NCBI GenBank assembly: GCA_008632985.1 | Contig: QPGO01000017.1 | Coordinates: forward strand, 496,001-560,000 | Direction: 5' to 3' | Length of the DNA: 64,000 nucleotides | Source: Psammoneis japonica | Taxonomy: Eukaryota | Shown: positions 1 to 12,444 of the stretch, piece by piece | How positions within the stretch are numbered: position 1 is the first letter of the stretch | Layout of the letters: every line of letters begins with the position of its first letter | Program-made: the position numbers and the translations under genes | Notes under the pieces: generated by a model | What the model was told of the DNA's origin: nothing | Seen by the model: the letters and a program-made list of their open reading frames with translations, nothing else | Database searches by the model: none

Positions 1-259
1 CATCAGCTACTACTGATTTGATCTCCACCCACAGCACACAAGTTTTCGAGAACGCGACGTCGATCATGGCCAATGCAAGTCATGGAATACAAAAGATTGT
101 CAAAGAAGCTGTGTCCATGAACTGGGTTCCTGTGCACTTTCAGGGAGCTTAGGGGTCTTTGTTAAGTTTTGGAACTGATGACGTCGAAACGGGTCGCACG
201 ACTTCGCTATACCATAAGTTGAAAGTAGTTGAGTTTTGTACTGTAAGAATATTTGTTTA

Positions 260-1564
260 CTAGCATTCCTCAGCTTGCTGATATTTCTGAACTTGACCGT
301 CGAATCGAGGGCGCTGTTGCTCCCAGTACTGCAACTGAAGTTGTGCTTGTTCCGGGAAAGCCGCACAAACAGACAAATCATCCTCCACTTTCGAGCGCCA
401 ACCGTTCTGGCATTTCTCTGCCACCTGCTGCAGCAGCATGAGGATAACCTCAGGCGTCACAACTGTATCTCCATTAAAGACGTGATCTAGTCGAGATCTT
501 TCTATGTAACCAAAGGATTGGATCAAGTACAAGATGAACGTGCGAGCATGCTGTATCGGAACTGGTAGCGCCAAGAGACGGGATTGTAGCACAAAGTTGC
601 CCCGTAAAAAGACTGCGCAACTAGACAAGGCCTCTAAAAGCGAGTAGTCGCTTACAATCGATGGAACACGAGCACGTAAGACCGAGAAGGGTATAGGCCA
701 ACCTCGATGCATGAATGAGGTTAGCTTCCCACAAAGTAGCGTCACGTCTCCATTGCGAAAATCCGTTTCCTCCATGGCTGATGCCCCAGTCCCCGACCCC
801 GCCGTCACATAATTAAGACTATGGACGTAACTCACACTTTCATCGTTGGTAGGTGGCGACGTGTGGATACTGCTAGTTGTATTTTGTTCGTGTGAAGAGG
901 GGCAAACCACTGACTGTAGCACACGACCGTGGGTCGGAGTGCCAGGCCCATGCACTGCCAGAAACTGCCATTCTTCTCCTTCTTCACTGGCTTTCTTATA
1001 AGCATAGCTGCTCTGTCTTGCCAAAGCCGCTCGTTCGGATTCCTTCTTTTGAAACATCACGGGTTTCTTTTCAAGCTTTTTCGGTTCTTCTTCTTCTTCA
1101 GGAAGGAGCGAATCGCCGGATGCCTCGTCAATATGGCTAAAGTCAGGCCGCATCTGAGATATATGTGACAGCGGAATGAGGTGGAGAGCCTTTTTCTGCG
1201 TGACTGAGGAGATTTCCATTTTCCCCAACGCCATATGCGTCGAAATTGGAATCGTATGACTGGTGTGCGTTCGATGTGACAAGTTTATCTCGTCTGGTAA
1301 GTACGAGCGTTCGTGTGTAGCAGGGATGCCCTGGTCAAGTTCCAGCATTCCGTGCCTTGGCTTGATACGAGCAGCCTGGGGGAGGGAGACCGAGCCGTGC
1401 TGCAGAGGAAACTGAATTAAATGAAACTGAGGCGCCAAGCTTGGAGACAAGTACACATCGATTTCCTCGATAATTTCATCATCATCGTCGAGTTGCACTG
1501 AATCTGAATCCATGGGGATGGGATCATCATTCAAAGGTTCAGTCTTGACTGGTGCACCCATCAT
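260..1564 (-). CDS. POLR3E: DNA-directed RNA polymerase III subunit RPC5 (Sin-like, C37)
   Basis: 434-aa intronless ORF with a Sin_N-type N-terminus (EEIDVYLSPSL..FHLIQFPL, ARIKP, LHLIPLSHISQMRPDFSHID); normal TpA/CpG content. Confidence 0.85.
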   Translation of the reverse strand: MMGAPVKTEPLNDDPIPMDSDSVQLDDDDEIIEEIDVYLSPSLAPQFHLIQFPLQHGSVSLPQAARIKPRHGMLELDQGIPATHERSYLPDEINLSHRTHTSHTIPISTHMALGKMEISSVTQKKALHLIPLSHISQMRPDFSHIDEASGDSLLPEEEEEPKKLEKKPVMFQKKESERAALARQSSYAYKKASEEGEEWQFLAVHGPGTPTHGRVLQSVVCPSSHEQNTTSSIHTSPPTNDESVSYVHSLNYVTAGSGTGASAMEETDFRNGDVTLLCGKLTSFMHRGWPIPFSVLRARVPSIVSDYSLLEALSSCAVFLRGNFVLQSRLLALPVPIQHARTFILYLIQSFGYIERSRLDHVFNGDTVVTPEVILMLLQQVAEKCQNGWRSKVEDDLSVCAAFPEQAQLQLQYWEQQRPRFDGQVQKYQQAEEC

Positions 1565-1789
1565 TAGAAAATACTCTCTAATGTTACGTGTACTTCTCTA
1601 TTGACTGCAGCACGATGGCAGAGATGACGGAAAGTCAATCAAGAGTGCCATTGTGGGGAGTTCCAACTGAGAGTGGGAGGGACAAGTCGTCTTTACGGGC
1701 GGCGGACATACAAAGATCTACCGGTACACGTGCGTCTGTCCATCCGTCCATCCTTGTACCGGTGCTGTAAGAGGAGCTCAAAGCTCTCA

Positions 1790-4700
1790 AAACCATCCTC
1801 GCTCGCGTTCACAGCAAAAAAGATGGCGGTCCGCATCACTGGGCGGGCATGCAACCATGGACAGCAGACAGCAGCAGGGAGATGAACTGAACAACAGCAC
1901 AGGACATCCATGAATGCCAAAAGCAAAAGGCAGGGACACTCACAAAATGGGACGGGGATGCACGAATGCGAGCGCGGGGTTCTTTCCTCCTGCCCCCCCC
2001 AGCCCTGCTTTTTTGCTTGAGACATTTCTGCATTGCAGCAAAAACAGCAAAATGCAGAGTGGCTTTTTAAAAAGCAAGAGACAGTCCAACAAGTCATTGC
2101 CCAGAACTTCCAAAGAGCCAGTCTTTCCCCTTTTTGAGCCAGCTGGGCTTCTGAAATCATTTCCTCTCATTTTGTCAAGAAGGGACACTCTGGAAAGAGA
2201 GCAGATTTTGCACTGAACAAGAACACTCAGCACAGCTGCTGCAGTTGACAGCCTTCAAGAGCATGTCAACATTGCCACATTGGCACAGCCACAAAAAGTG
2301 GGGATGGAAGCAGTGCTTCGGCAGGCAGCAGGCAAGTGTCAGAGCCAACGGCTGCACGCGCTGGCACTGCTCTTCAAGCAACATGTTGCACAAGCACTGG
2401 GGCACTTCTTTTGAGTGGAAGCTCTGTTCCCACATCTCAAATTTTTGGTCACACACAGCTGGCAAACAAGGGTTTTTCTCAAGGGTCAAGCAGTGCTCTT
2501 GTGCCACCCCCACGAACAGCTGCGGGGTCAGGGGTGCCAAGACAGCAGGAAAGACAAGGAGCAAAAAAAGTGTGCCAAGCTGGCAGAACAGGTCAGAGTG
2601 GAAAGTCCAGCAGGTGTTGCAGGCTGCTGCACAATGCATTGAAAAACATGCAAAAAGCCTTGGGATGAGCCACAGCTGCACGATGGCAAAAATCTGCCTC
2701 ACACAAAAGCAACAGATGATGCACAGCACTGCAGCTCTCAAACCCACATGGATCTGGCACCAAATGTGCAGGTGTTGGTGCATTGTTGGTGTTTCCTCCT
2801 CACTTGTGCCCTGGAATGCTGCACTTGGCAACAGTTTGTGCAACAAAGGCTGCATCATTTTGCTTCCATGATGGGCTCAAAGAGGGCCGCAAAGTTGACC
2901 AGGAGCGGGGGCAGAAAAATTGTGCAGACTCCCCCCCCCCTTGTCAACTTGCACAGCCATCCACCACTGCCTTTTTGCTGCAACTCCTGTCAGATCCAAT
3001 GACATGTTGTTTTCCATCAAATGCTTTGTGGGCAGCACACGTGGCTCTCCATGCAAGTGCACATTGTGGGCATCCAAAAGTGCGCGCACAAAGCACAGCC
3101 ATGTTTTGGCAACTGCCAAGTGCCAAGCAATGTCAAGGCTTGTTGCATCACTCAATTGGAAATGGAGCATGCTTTTGTGATCCATTGTGATGATTTTCTC
3201 ACTGCTGCCAAGGCAGCCCTTGTGCGACAATGCTGCTCACTCACCTGCAACAGGGGCACACAACAAGCTCCACAGCACTTTGCAGTGTGTGGTGGTTGCA
3301 CCAACAGCAGAGCTTGTTGTGAGCTGCAACAATCTCTTTTTTTTTTCAACACACCATGCACAACCATTGCAAAAAAGGGAAAAATGCCCCTGACAGATTG
3401 GCTTGTGCCTGTCACAGATTAAACCAAAAATGGGAGTCCACACAGCTGAAACAATGTGCGCCACTTTGCCACTTCTGCATCCAAGCATTTGGAGCAAACA
3501 TTTTGAACAGTCAGGGTTGGGGCTCAGGAGGGTTCAGGGTTTGCTGGGTCTGGGGCCAGAAAGTGAAACTTGCAGCAGAGCTCCACTTTGGGATGATAAA
3601 AAGCAGCAGCCGGTGGCATGTGACTGAGTGAGATTACACACAAAAAAGCAGCCGGTGACAGGACCAAGCCAATCTGTGAGGAGTTCGCACCCCCACAAAA
3701 AAAAACACCAGTGGCTCTTCTTTTTTGTGCTTGTGTGTCACTTGACTTCTTGTTTTTGCAAATTTTCTTTTCTAAATTCCTTTTGCAAAGCTGCTTGTTG
3801 CTTGCCAACCAGCTTGTTTGTGTGACTGCAAAACAAAGGCACTTTGCTGTGTGACAGCCACAGAGCAAGTGGGCAGATTTTTGTTTGCAAGGGTGGTGCC
3901 CAACAGCACCTCCCTTTGCTGGCCATGGCAAATTGTCAAACCTCACACACACACACACACACACACATGATGCCATGTGCCAGCTCTCAGGCAACATCTG
4001 TTGAAGCTTGCATTTTGCAGATTGCACATGAGCCATGGCTGGGGCCTTCTGCCAGCTCTTTGCTGCCAGCCACTGCATCACATCACACCAGCTGCCATCT
4101 AAACCACTGGGGTTTTGACCAGCACAACTCAGGTGAAATGCTGGCTGACACAGGAGTGACCCAGCAGAGAAGGCATGGCTGACAGATTGGATTTTAGAGA
4201 TTTGCATGTTTTTGAGAAATGATGAGTCACACAAAAAGTTCCATCCTTGGCTCAGTGATGAAAGAGGCTGCTGGGCACTGGGGCCCAGCAAGGCAGGCAC
4301 AAGATCTCAAGAGGTGCAAGTGGCTGCAAGAGCAACAAGCTGCAGCTGGCAAGTTTTTGCTGCAGCAGCACCAAAGAGAGCTCCGTTCCTGGCCTGCCCT
4401 TGTTGCTTGGATCTTTTGGTGCAAGGGCTCTGCAAAAGCCAGCACTTGCAACTCTTCAAAATGGAGCCACATGCAGATTTGAAAGGCAAGAGCAAAAGAG
4501 CAGTCTGGCTTCTCTTTGCAAGCCTCATCTGAATGTCTTTGCAGCCCACTTGTGCCCTCCCCCCACCCTGCAAGCCAGAAACTCTCACTCAAGAGCAACA
4601 ACTTGTCAACATTTCAACTTTGTGCACACCTCTGTTTTGCTCAGCTGTTGAGCTGTGCTGTGTGGCTGTCAAACCTGAAGACTCTCCTGGCAGAGCAGTT

Positions 4701-5870
4701 GATGTTCAGCACCATGTAAAGAAGATTGTGCCAAGCACACATGCCAACAAATTCTTGGTCAAACTTTGAGAGATGACGGGTGCACAGAAAACGTGCACAA
4801 GCCAGTTTTGCCAATTGCCCTCATCAAATGGAGGCAGTCAGAAGACATTTTTATCTGGGCTCTTTGTGCAATGTGTGAGGAATCATGTGGAAATTTGTCC
4901 AAAAAAAAACAGCCAGGCGCAATGAGGTGAGCAGAAAGGCACACCAGAGGCTTGAAGAGGCAACAGAAAATGGCTGTGTGTGCAGTTTTCCTGTCAATCT
5001 TTTGCAAAAATGAAAACCACTGCCTTCTTTGAAGACAATCTGTGAGCCACTCAATCACCATGTCATGATCTCTCCCAATCTGTGTGCACATCACCAAACA
5101 AATGCTTGGGTCACCTCAAACTCCGGCCAGTTGCACACTCACCAGCAGCAAGGTTGTCATCCATGCGGGCAGCACAAATCTTGGCAAACCCAGTGCAAGA
5201 AAGCTTTTCAAGCCATGTCCTCCATGTCATCCACCAGAGTCACCACCAACAGCCACAGCTTTGTGAGGAAATGTTGCTTGAAAACAAACCACATGAAGCC
5301 CTTTTTTCTTCATCTGTGCTGGATGGCCTCTGCTGCCAGCACTCTCAGCTTGAGCATTTTAAGCCCATTTGAAAGGATGCCAGACTCCAAGCATCCCAGC
5401 AGCAGTGCCATCGGCAGCCACAGCCACTGGTGGCACCACTTGGGCATTTTTTGGTTCCTGTCAGCAGACAAGTGTTTGATTCCATGCAATCACTTGAACA
5501 ATCTTGACACCTGACTTCTGCAGTTGGTCAACATGAGAGAAGAATTTCTGCTCCCGAATTGGTGCTTGTTGGAAAGCTGTCAAGTCACTTGCCAGCAGTC
5601 CCACAACTCTGTTTGAGTGACAAAGGACAAAGCTGTTGGCTCTTCCACAAAGTGGCAGCCAGGAAATTGATGCAGTCCAACAACAAAATTGGTGGCAACA
5701 ATGCAACTCATGTGTTTGTGTGCCAATGAAAGGAGGATGCCCCAGAAAAGAGTTGATTGGCTCCGAACACTTCACAAAAATGTGGGCACATCCGCACACA
5801 GGATCTTTTCTGTTTGTCCATTGACACGATCCTTTGAACATCTTGACGTGAGATCTTCGAAAGAAAATTA
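1790..5870. other. Degraded TpA- and CpG-depleted block A (unidentified repeat/TE-derived DNA)
   Basis: About 10 TA dinucleotides in ~4 kb by eye, few CG, excess TG/CA; no recognisable intact ORF. Confidence 0.8.
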
Positions 5871-6420
5871 ACATCTACACGTGAAGTTCACATCGAGCAG
5901 AAACAATGTGAGCTTTGGATTTGCCCTTCAGGACCTGGCCAATTTCACGTCTCCCTTTGAACTGACAACAATGCCACCTGCAGTCGAATCTTCCCAGGAC
6001 TCCCGAATTTCCCAAAGGAGGACGCCGCGTGCGTCGCAGCGATCAGAGATAGCCTCGAAGCAGAACTGGATGACGTGAGCGACAAAGTGTCTTCTGAGGC
6101 AATTGCAACCGCGTTTTGGGAAGGTGCTTGGAGTAAAAGCAATGGCACGACAGCATGCCCTGGAAGGGGAAACACAATCCTAAGAAACGCGCGATGCATC
6201 AGTGTAGCTAGCAGATAGACTCTTCAAAGTCGTCTCTGCAGTTGATGCGTCAAAAAGAGCACTAAGTAGGCGACAATGGCAACACTTCTGCTAGAACAAG
6301 TGATCGTGTATGGTATCCCTACCTATCTTTAATCCACAGTGTTGTTCGTACAAACACCAAACGACAAAGACCGTACTCTAACTTCTTCCTTTGTTTCGCA
6401 GCCAACGGTTCAGAACACAT

Positions 6421-7726
6421 TTATCGACAGAGGAACCTGTCCAAGTTCTTTCCATTGTACAGCAGCACCGCACAAACCACGTTCACAATGCCCAGGAAAT
6501 ATATTGTATTCAGAACAGTCCCAAACAACAGCATGCTCAGAACCCCCGTCAAAACAACCGACACTGCGGTGGCATATCCCTTCAAAACGGAGTCTGCATA
6601 TTTCAAAACTGCACCATGGGCAACGGGGGTCGCGCTTTATTGAGAATTTCATGCAGAGAGATGCACAGAATTCCGATAACAAATACATGCCACGTACCTG
6701 CTGCAACCGTCAATCCACCAATGGCACTATTGAAAATACTGAAGAACGCACCATTCGTAAAGTTATGCCAGAGTCCCTGAAGCGCCAAACATCACAAATG
6801 AATTTGAGGACAATACTGCGAGCAGCTGCACGAAGATAGCCAACACAAGTTGCACCCACCTGTGTTCGAATGGCCTCGTAATCCTTGATAAAGGCATAGA
6901 TCCCAATAATCACAAGAGAAACAATCGCAAGCTGTATCTGCATGTACGCCAAAGAATAGTTCTTTCTCGCAACATTGTTGTTTCGTTTCGCCTTGATGAC
7001 CTTTTCCGTATAAACTGATGCAAAGCCCGAACTCATTGCAATCCCCAAAGTTGCAAGAACACCTCGCGTGGCATGGGCATCCATAATTTCTTCCGAGGAC
7101 CCAGCCTTTTGCAAATTACACAACATGACCCCCACAGTCAAGAGAACAAGGGAAATGACCTGTACAATCTTTAGTTTCTTTCTCAAAAACACAGCCGCAA
7201 AGCTCGCCGTAGCCAAAAGTTTTGTCTGAACAAGCACCGAAAACATTGCAGCGTCTAGGTTAGCGAGTGCCACGTACTCCAAGGACATTTGCAAAGAGTA
7301 TGCTGCGGCGGGTACACCCAAGAGGATAGAATTGCGATGATCGTCTTTAAGGAAAGTCCATATGCTCTTTAGAGAGCGCCGATCGACCAAGAGCACGTAG
7401 AGTGTGGACAATACCAATTTGATAACCTCCACGCCAATGACTGCGGCAGACGTGAGGAAATTGGGCTTATCCTTCATCACATATCGCATAAGCAGATTTT
7501 TGGAACAATTCTGAACCGCAAGTAATATCAACACCTTGAGACCAGCCCCTGAGAGAGAGCTCGACCCGCTGGTGCTAGCAGCTTCGGTCGCTGGCTTGAT
7601 GTCGTCATCGCTCTCTGACGCTGTGGAGTTCTGGCGTTGCGAGATGAGCGACCCAGTCTCAGACTCGATATCCTTTCCAGGTGCCTCGACATCGACAGCA
7701 GTAGTAACATTTCGTTGCTCCACCAT
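6421..7726 (-). CDS. Nucleotide-sugar transporter (SLC35A, UDP-galactose/CMP-sialic acid type), 3 exons
   Basis: Motifs VPAAAYSLQMSL, QTKLLATASF, SGFASVYTEKVIK, GGLTVAA, KYADSVLKGYATAVSVVL; GT-AG introns at about 6779-6860 and 6609-6696. Confidence 0.9.
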
Positions 7727-8158
7727 TGCAAAGAGTCGAATCGGCTTGACAATCACGCACGACGTTTAGACAGGCACTTGTACAGGGAACATGGCAGGGA
7801 CGCCTAATGTTGTTACATGTATGTTGTCGACGCAAGGAGCAATGACCATGCACGGCGGCGCGGCGCGGGCGGACCACAGACTCAAGACCGGACCACGACC
7901 GACGCGACCAGGTAGGTACGTACCTACTGTAGGTACGATCGACATGTACCGGTAGGTATCGTACCTCGACCGGACTGTCGCTCGGCGGACCACACCAAAG
8001 GTACAATAGGTGCCGTACCCGTACCGCCCGGTGATCGCGTCGTCATGGATATCGGTGCTATAGGTTCTCCGCTCAATACTCTCTACAAAAACGAAGTGGA
8101 CGGAAGAACAAAACACTTGAATCAGTGATGCTGTGTCCAGGAAACAAAGGCAAAAAGA

Positions 8159-8240
8159 CGACTGCAGCAGGACTCGAACCTACGCGGGAGAACCCCAATC
8201 GATTTCTAGTCGATCGCCTTAACCGCTCGGCCATGCAGTC
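8159..8240 (-). tRNA. tRNA-Ser(AGA)
   Basis: Reverse complement GACTGCATGGCCGAGCGGTTAAGGCGATCGACT-AGA-AATCGATTGGGGTTCTCCCGCGTAGGTTCGAGTCCTGCTGCAGTCG folds as a cloverleaf with long variable arm, has A/B boxes and is followed by a T-run terminator. Confidence 0.95.
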
Positions 8241-8344
8241 GATGTTCCGTAACAATGACAACTTCATTACATGATTGCTAAAAACAAAATAAGACTTTAA
8301 TTTTCTTCTTGTTCCAAACTCTTCCACACTCGAAAGCAACACCT

Positions 8345-8385
8345 GGTGTGGGGGACAAACCCAATCGATTTCCAGTCAATCACGT
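8345..8385 (-). pseudogene. Degenerate partial copy of tRNA-Ser (anticodon/variable arm)
   Basis: gggacaaacccaatcgatttccagtcaatc resembles gggagaaccccaatcgatttctagtcgatc in the intact tRNA; differences include CTAG->CCAG and CGAT->CAAT. Confidence 0.55.
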
Positions 8386-10600
8386 GAAAGGCTGGTTCTC
8401 ATCTCCTTTTCTTTTGAGCTGCCCAGCTGCTCTGAAATTTGTTGACAGCTGACAGAGCAGGGCGGTCTCTGTTTGTGCTGGGTGCACTCGCAGAGAGCAG
8501 CTCTTCCACTTTCTTGCAGCTGTGAGCCCCAATGCCACTGCAACAAGCAGTCAGAGCAGCCTGTGCTTCTTCATGTTGGTCATTTTGTTGTGTTTTGTTT
8601 GCTTCTTTGACCCGCAGCACCTGTGGCCAGCTCGAGAAGCCCGCGGGGCATGCCACCAGAGCTTTTCCCCTGAGCCTCATTGAGGGCTAATTGCTGCCTC
8701 TCTGCGGGTGCATGCCAGAGCAGTGCTCCCATTTTTTTTGCTGCAAGAGCCAAATGTTTGTTTCTGCAACAACGCAGCAAGTGGCCAGGTCAGCTTGCGC
8801 CTCTTCATGATGGTCGTGTTGGTGTTGTGTCTCCTCCTTCTTGTTTGATTTTTCTTTTGCAGCATCTTGGCATTGCTGGCACACAGACACACCTGCCCCA
8901 ATGGGTGCATCAGAGCTTGTCAGCACAGCACAGCATGACACAACACAGCACATTGCCGCATGTGTGCGCGTGTGTGCCAAAAAAACAGCGCACATGTTGT
9001 GCACATTTTGTCATTGTTTGCTGGCGCCCTCATTTTTTCCAAAGAAAATTTGCTTTGTGCGGGTTGCCATTGATCATCATGGGCCATTTTGTGTGGAAGA
9101 TGAGAGATGGAAAATTTGACAAATGAGGCGCATGGTGGATTTGCACCGCGCTTGTTCTCCCACGCAATTCAACGCTCAATGGGGCAAGCATCAACCAGAC
9201 ACTGTGAAGCCGCAAAGCACATGTTTCCTCAAAGCAAGCTGCCTCCATGTTGCAAGCAAAGTTCTGGAAAAGCACTTTGGTGTGAACAAGTGCTCCCAAG
9301 CACTGCTCACCATTCTTCATGCAGTGCAGCATGTTCTTGCAAGGCAGGAAATTGCGGGGCACTGAGCATTGAACAAAGTCAGTTTGTGTCCATGGTTTGC
9401 TTTTTTTTTTGAAAATGCACTTCTGTGCATGTCGTGGCTGTTGCCGTGTGGTGGGAAGTCAGGTGACAGGGCATGAGCACACTCCTGAGCCCTTGTTGCT
9501 TTCTTCATTTCTCTCAGTGCATTTCAGCAAAATGTCCAGAAAGTTCATGTTGTCCAAGAAAGTGGTTGGTGAAATGTTGACAGTGGAAATTGAGTGAGCG
9601 ACATTTTCAAGCTTCTGTTCTTTTTGGCAAGCTTGGCATTTTCGTCGTTTTTGCCAAGTGAAGAGTTTAAAGAGCCCATGCAGAGTGGAAGGTGTGGGAG
9701 ACATGAGGAGAAGCAGGAGGCGCTGAAGCAGCTGCTGGATCAGAGAGAGATGATGGCAAAGGCATGCGGGGAAAGAGATGGCAAAGGGTGGTGGTGGGAC
9801 CACAGCAATGTCAGGAGCACAAAAAGAGTTCTCAAGGCAGTGGCCAATGCACAGAAGAAAGTTGTCAAAGGAAAGCAAGGAGGCAGGAACCTGACAGATG
9901 AAAGGAACGGGGGGGTTTGCTGGGAGCTTGGGGATGCCAGGTCTGGACAGAGTTAAAAAGTGGGGGGTGCGGGGAATGGACGGCAGAGAGAAGGCAGAAG
10001 GTCATCATGGCAACAGAGAAACTTGGAGGGGCTCAGCAACAATTGTTGGAAGAATCAACAGAAGCATTGCTGGCAAGACAGTGGTCGAAGGGAGCGTCAT
10101 CAGCGGGATTGCCAAGAGAACATTTGGTGGGATTGCAGTCGAAGAAAGCATCGTCATCAGCGGGATTGCCAAGAGAACATTCGGTGGGATCATCACAATG
10201 CGAATCATTCGAAAATGTCGCATTGGTCACAATTGATGTTTTGCATGAGGAAAAACACAAAATCATTGCGGGGGCACACACAACGTCATGCGAGAGAGTG
10301 ATTGGAGCTGACAACTTTTCGGGAACTGAATTGAGGTGCTGTCTGATTGACGGCATTGGCCTTCACCATGTGAATCAAAATGCCGTCAATCAGATGGCAT
10401 TTCAATTGATTTCCCGAGAAGTTGACATTCGTGCACGGATGGATGGACAGACTGACAACAATCATTTTTGGTGCTCTCCTGCACAATTTCTACGTGATGA
10501 CTCTCAGGACCCGAGCGATTCTTCCTGCCGCATTGGGAAAAGGTTGTCCACAGCAGAGAAGCAATCAGCAGAGAGAACTGGAAGATGTGAGGTCTGAGAC
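8350..10600. other. Degraded TpA-depleted block B
   Basis: Almost no TA, excess TG/CA; contains a ~55-bp imperfect direct repeat at 10084-10190; no intact ORF identifiable. Confidence 0.75.
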
Positions 10601-10901
10601 TGTGTTGAGGATGCACCGCTGGCTTTTTATCCAGCGGGCATTTTCTCCCCCGTGAGAACACATCTTCATGACGGACGAACGCGCTTGTTGCGCCATAAGA
10701 CGGTAAGAAAGATCTCATGATGGACGGACAGGCAGGATCTTTCAGGATCGTGCGTGCGTGTGTGCGTGCATGCTAAGATTTTCGAGAGGCGCGAGCGATG
10801 TGTGCACGTGCGCACTTCAACTTCCAACCAATTCCAACTTTGCATTTTAGCAAGTTGTTTTTTGAACGCAGCATGGCATCTCCTTTGCAGGCGAGCCCTT
10901 C

Positions 10902-12116
10902 TTGGCGACTCCCGTTCCTGATCCAGACACCGAAAGCCTCTCACTCACCATCTTGTTATGGTTGACGTTGTTGTTGGTGGTGGTAGTTGCGCCCTTCGTG
11001 CTGGGGAGGCTATACCCAGCCAAAGGCGACGAGGTGCCTGTCGCTATCAAGTGGCTGCCGTGGCTCAACATTATGGGACTGATCGTGGCTGGTTTTTGGA
11101 TATCGAGGACGGCCAACAATCTTTTCTCGGCACGATCTGTTTTTGTAGCCCCCTTGTTGACGAACGACGAATGCCGGCTTGTTATTCAACATGGTCACGA
11201 TGCAGCGAAGCGGAACGTTGCCATTTACCCCACCAATACAGAATTCGCAATCTCTCCGCAAGGATGGCACAAGAAACGACACGGGAGCTATCCAACTACC
11301 GATTTGAACTTAGTGACAGACAAATTTACCGATGAGGATCGACGGCACTTGGCAAAGTTATTGCACTTTCGATTAGCCCCGCTGATTCACAGAATTTATG
11401 GTATGGTACCGGCATCTATTCGAGCCAACGACATTTTTCTGGTAAGGTACGACGCTCATGAAGGACAACAGTCCTTGGAGCCTCATACCGATGAATCCCA
11501 CGTCTCCTTCAACGTCTTGCTCAACGAAGACTTTGAAGGCGGCGGAACGCGGTTTCATAACCGACGAAGCGGAGAGTTCTTTGATGTGCACCCTCCCAAG
11601 GGTCACGTATTGCTGAATAATGCCGTCATTCGGCATGAAGGCTTGCCGACAACGAAAGGAACAAGATACATTTTGGTGGGATTTCTCTCGATCGATCGGA
11701 AACGAACCTCGAATGGAGCAGACACTGGTCTGTCCTTGTATGCTTCGTGGCTGTCTATGCCCTGGACACAGGTTCGACTGAAATGGGGCTACGAAGCAAT
11801 AGCACGACGTCGGAGTGGTGAACTGGGGTATCAGCATGAAAAATGGACGGATAGCATCGTCATGTATAAATGGTTTACGGGAATGGCAAACTTGTTTCAA
11901 CATTGGGGAGACCTGTTTGCTCCACATGTCGCGCATTCACTTGTAGAAGACGACAAGGTAAATGCGTATCTGGCAGCAATGGATAAGGCACCACTTTCGC
12001 TATTCAGTCGGGCGAGATGGTTCAGTGGACAACAACTCATGAAAGATGTGAACGGAAATGTCGTGGAAAGGTGGAACACCCGAAGCATGGACAAGGAGGA
12101 TCCCCGAGAGTTATAA
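10902..12116 (+). CDS. 2-oxoglutarate/Fe(II)-dependent oxygenase (PLOD/prolyl-hydroxylase-like domain) with N-terminal transmembrane segments; true start uncertain
   Basis: FLVRY..SLEPHTDESHVSFNVLLNEDFEGGGTRF..HEGLPTTKGTRYILVGF carries the HxD...H facial triad and the 2OG-binding Arg. Confidence 0.85.
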   Translation: MATPVPDPDTESLSLTILLWLTLLLVVVVAPFVLGRLYPAKGDEVPVAIKWLPWLNIMGLIVAGFWISRTANNLFSARSVFVAPLLTNDECRLVIQHGHDAAKRNVAIYPTNTEFAISPQGWHKKRHGSYPTTDLNLVTDKFTDEDRRHLAKLLHFRLAPLIHRIYGMVPASIRANDIFLVRYDAHEGQQSLEPHTDESHVSFNVLLNEDFEGGGTRFHNRRSGEFFDVHPPKGHVLLNNAVIRHEGLPTTKGTRYILVGFLSIDRKRTSNGADTGLSLYASWLSMPWTQVRLKWGYEAIARRRSGELGYQHEKWTDSIVMYKWFTGMANLFQHWGDLFAPHVAHSLVEDDKVNAYLAAMDKAPLSLFSRARWFSGQQLMKDVNGNVVERWNTRSMDKEDPREL

Positions 12117-12210
12117 CCAAAGCGCGACGAAGGCCCTTTCTGTGTTCCTTTTCACTTGATATGCGTCAATGTCACTTCTGGACCTTTGAAATTGTTCAAA
12201 CCTAAGATGG

Positions 12211-12324
12211 AAATGCGGTTGCACAGGGAAACGTGAATCAATACAGGTTAGAGCCCGGCTTAGAACCAAATGCGGTTGCACAGGGAAACGAGAATCAATA
12301 CAGGTTAGAGCCCAGCTTAGAACC
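12211..12324. repeat. 57-bp tandem duplication (2 copies) between convergent genes
   Basis: aaatgcggttgcacagggaaacg(t/a)gaatcaatacaggttagagccc(g/a)gcttagaacc twice, 2 mismatches. Confidence 0.9.
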
Positions 12325-12444
12325 GATCTCAAGACACAAGAAATTTACTTTTACGGCTTTTCTGAATCTCGAACAAGATCTAACCTAAACTCATAAGATA
12401 CTAAGATCGATACCCACGTTCCCGAAGGACACGTCTTCGCGACT

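Noticed and set aside
3..152. Possible 3' end of a plus-strand CDS at the window start
   Set aside because: Open for only ~49 codons with no recognisable motif
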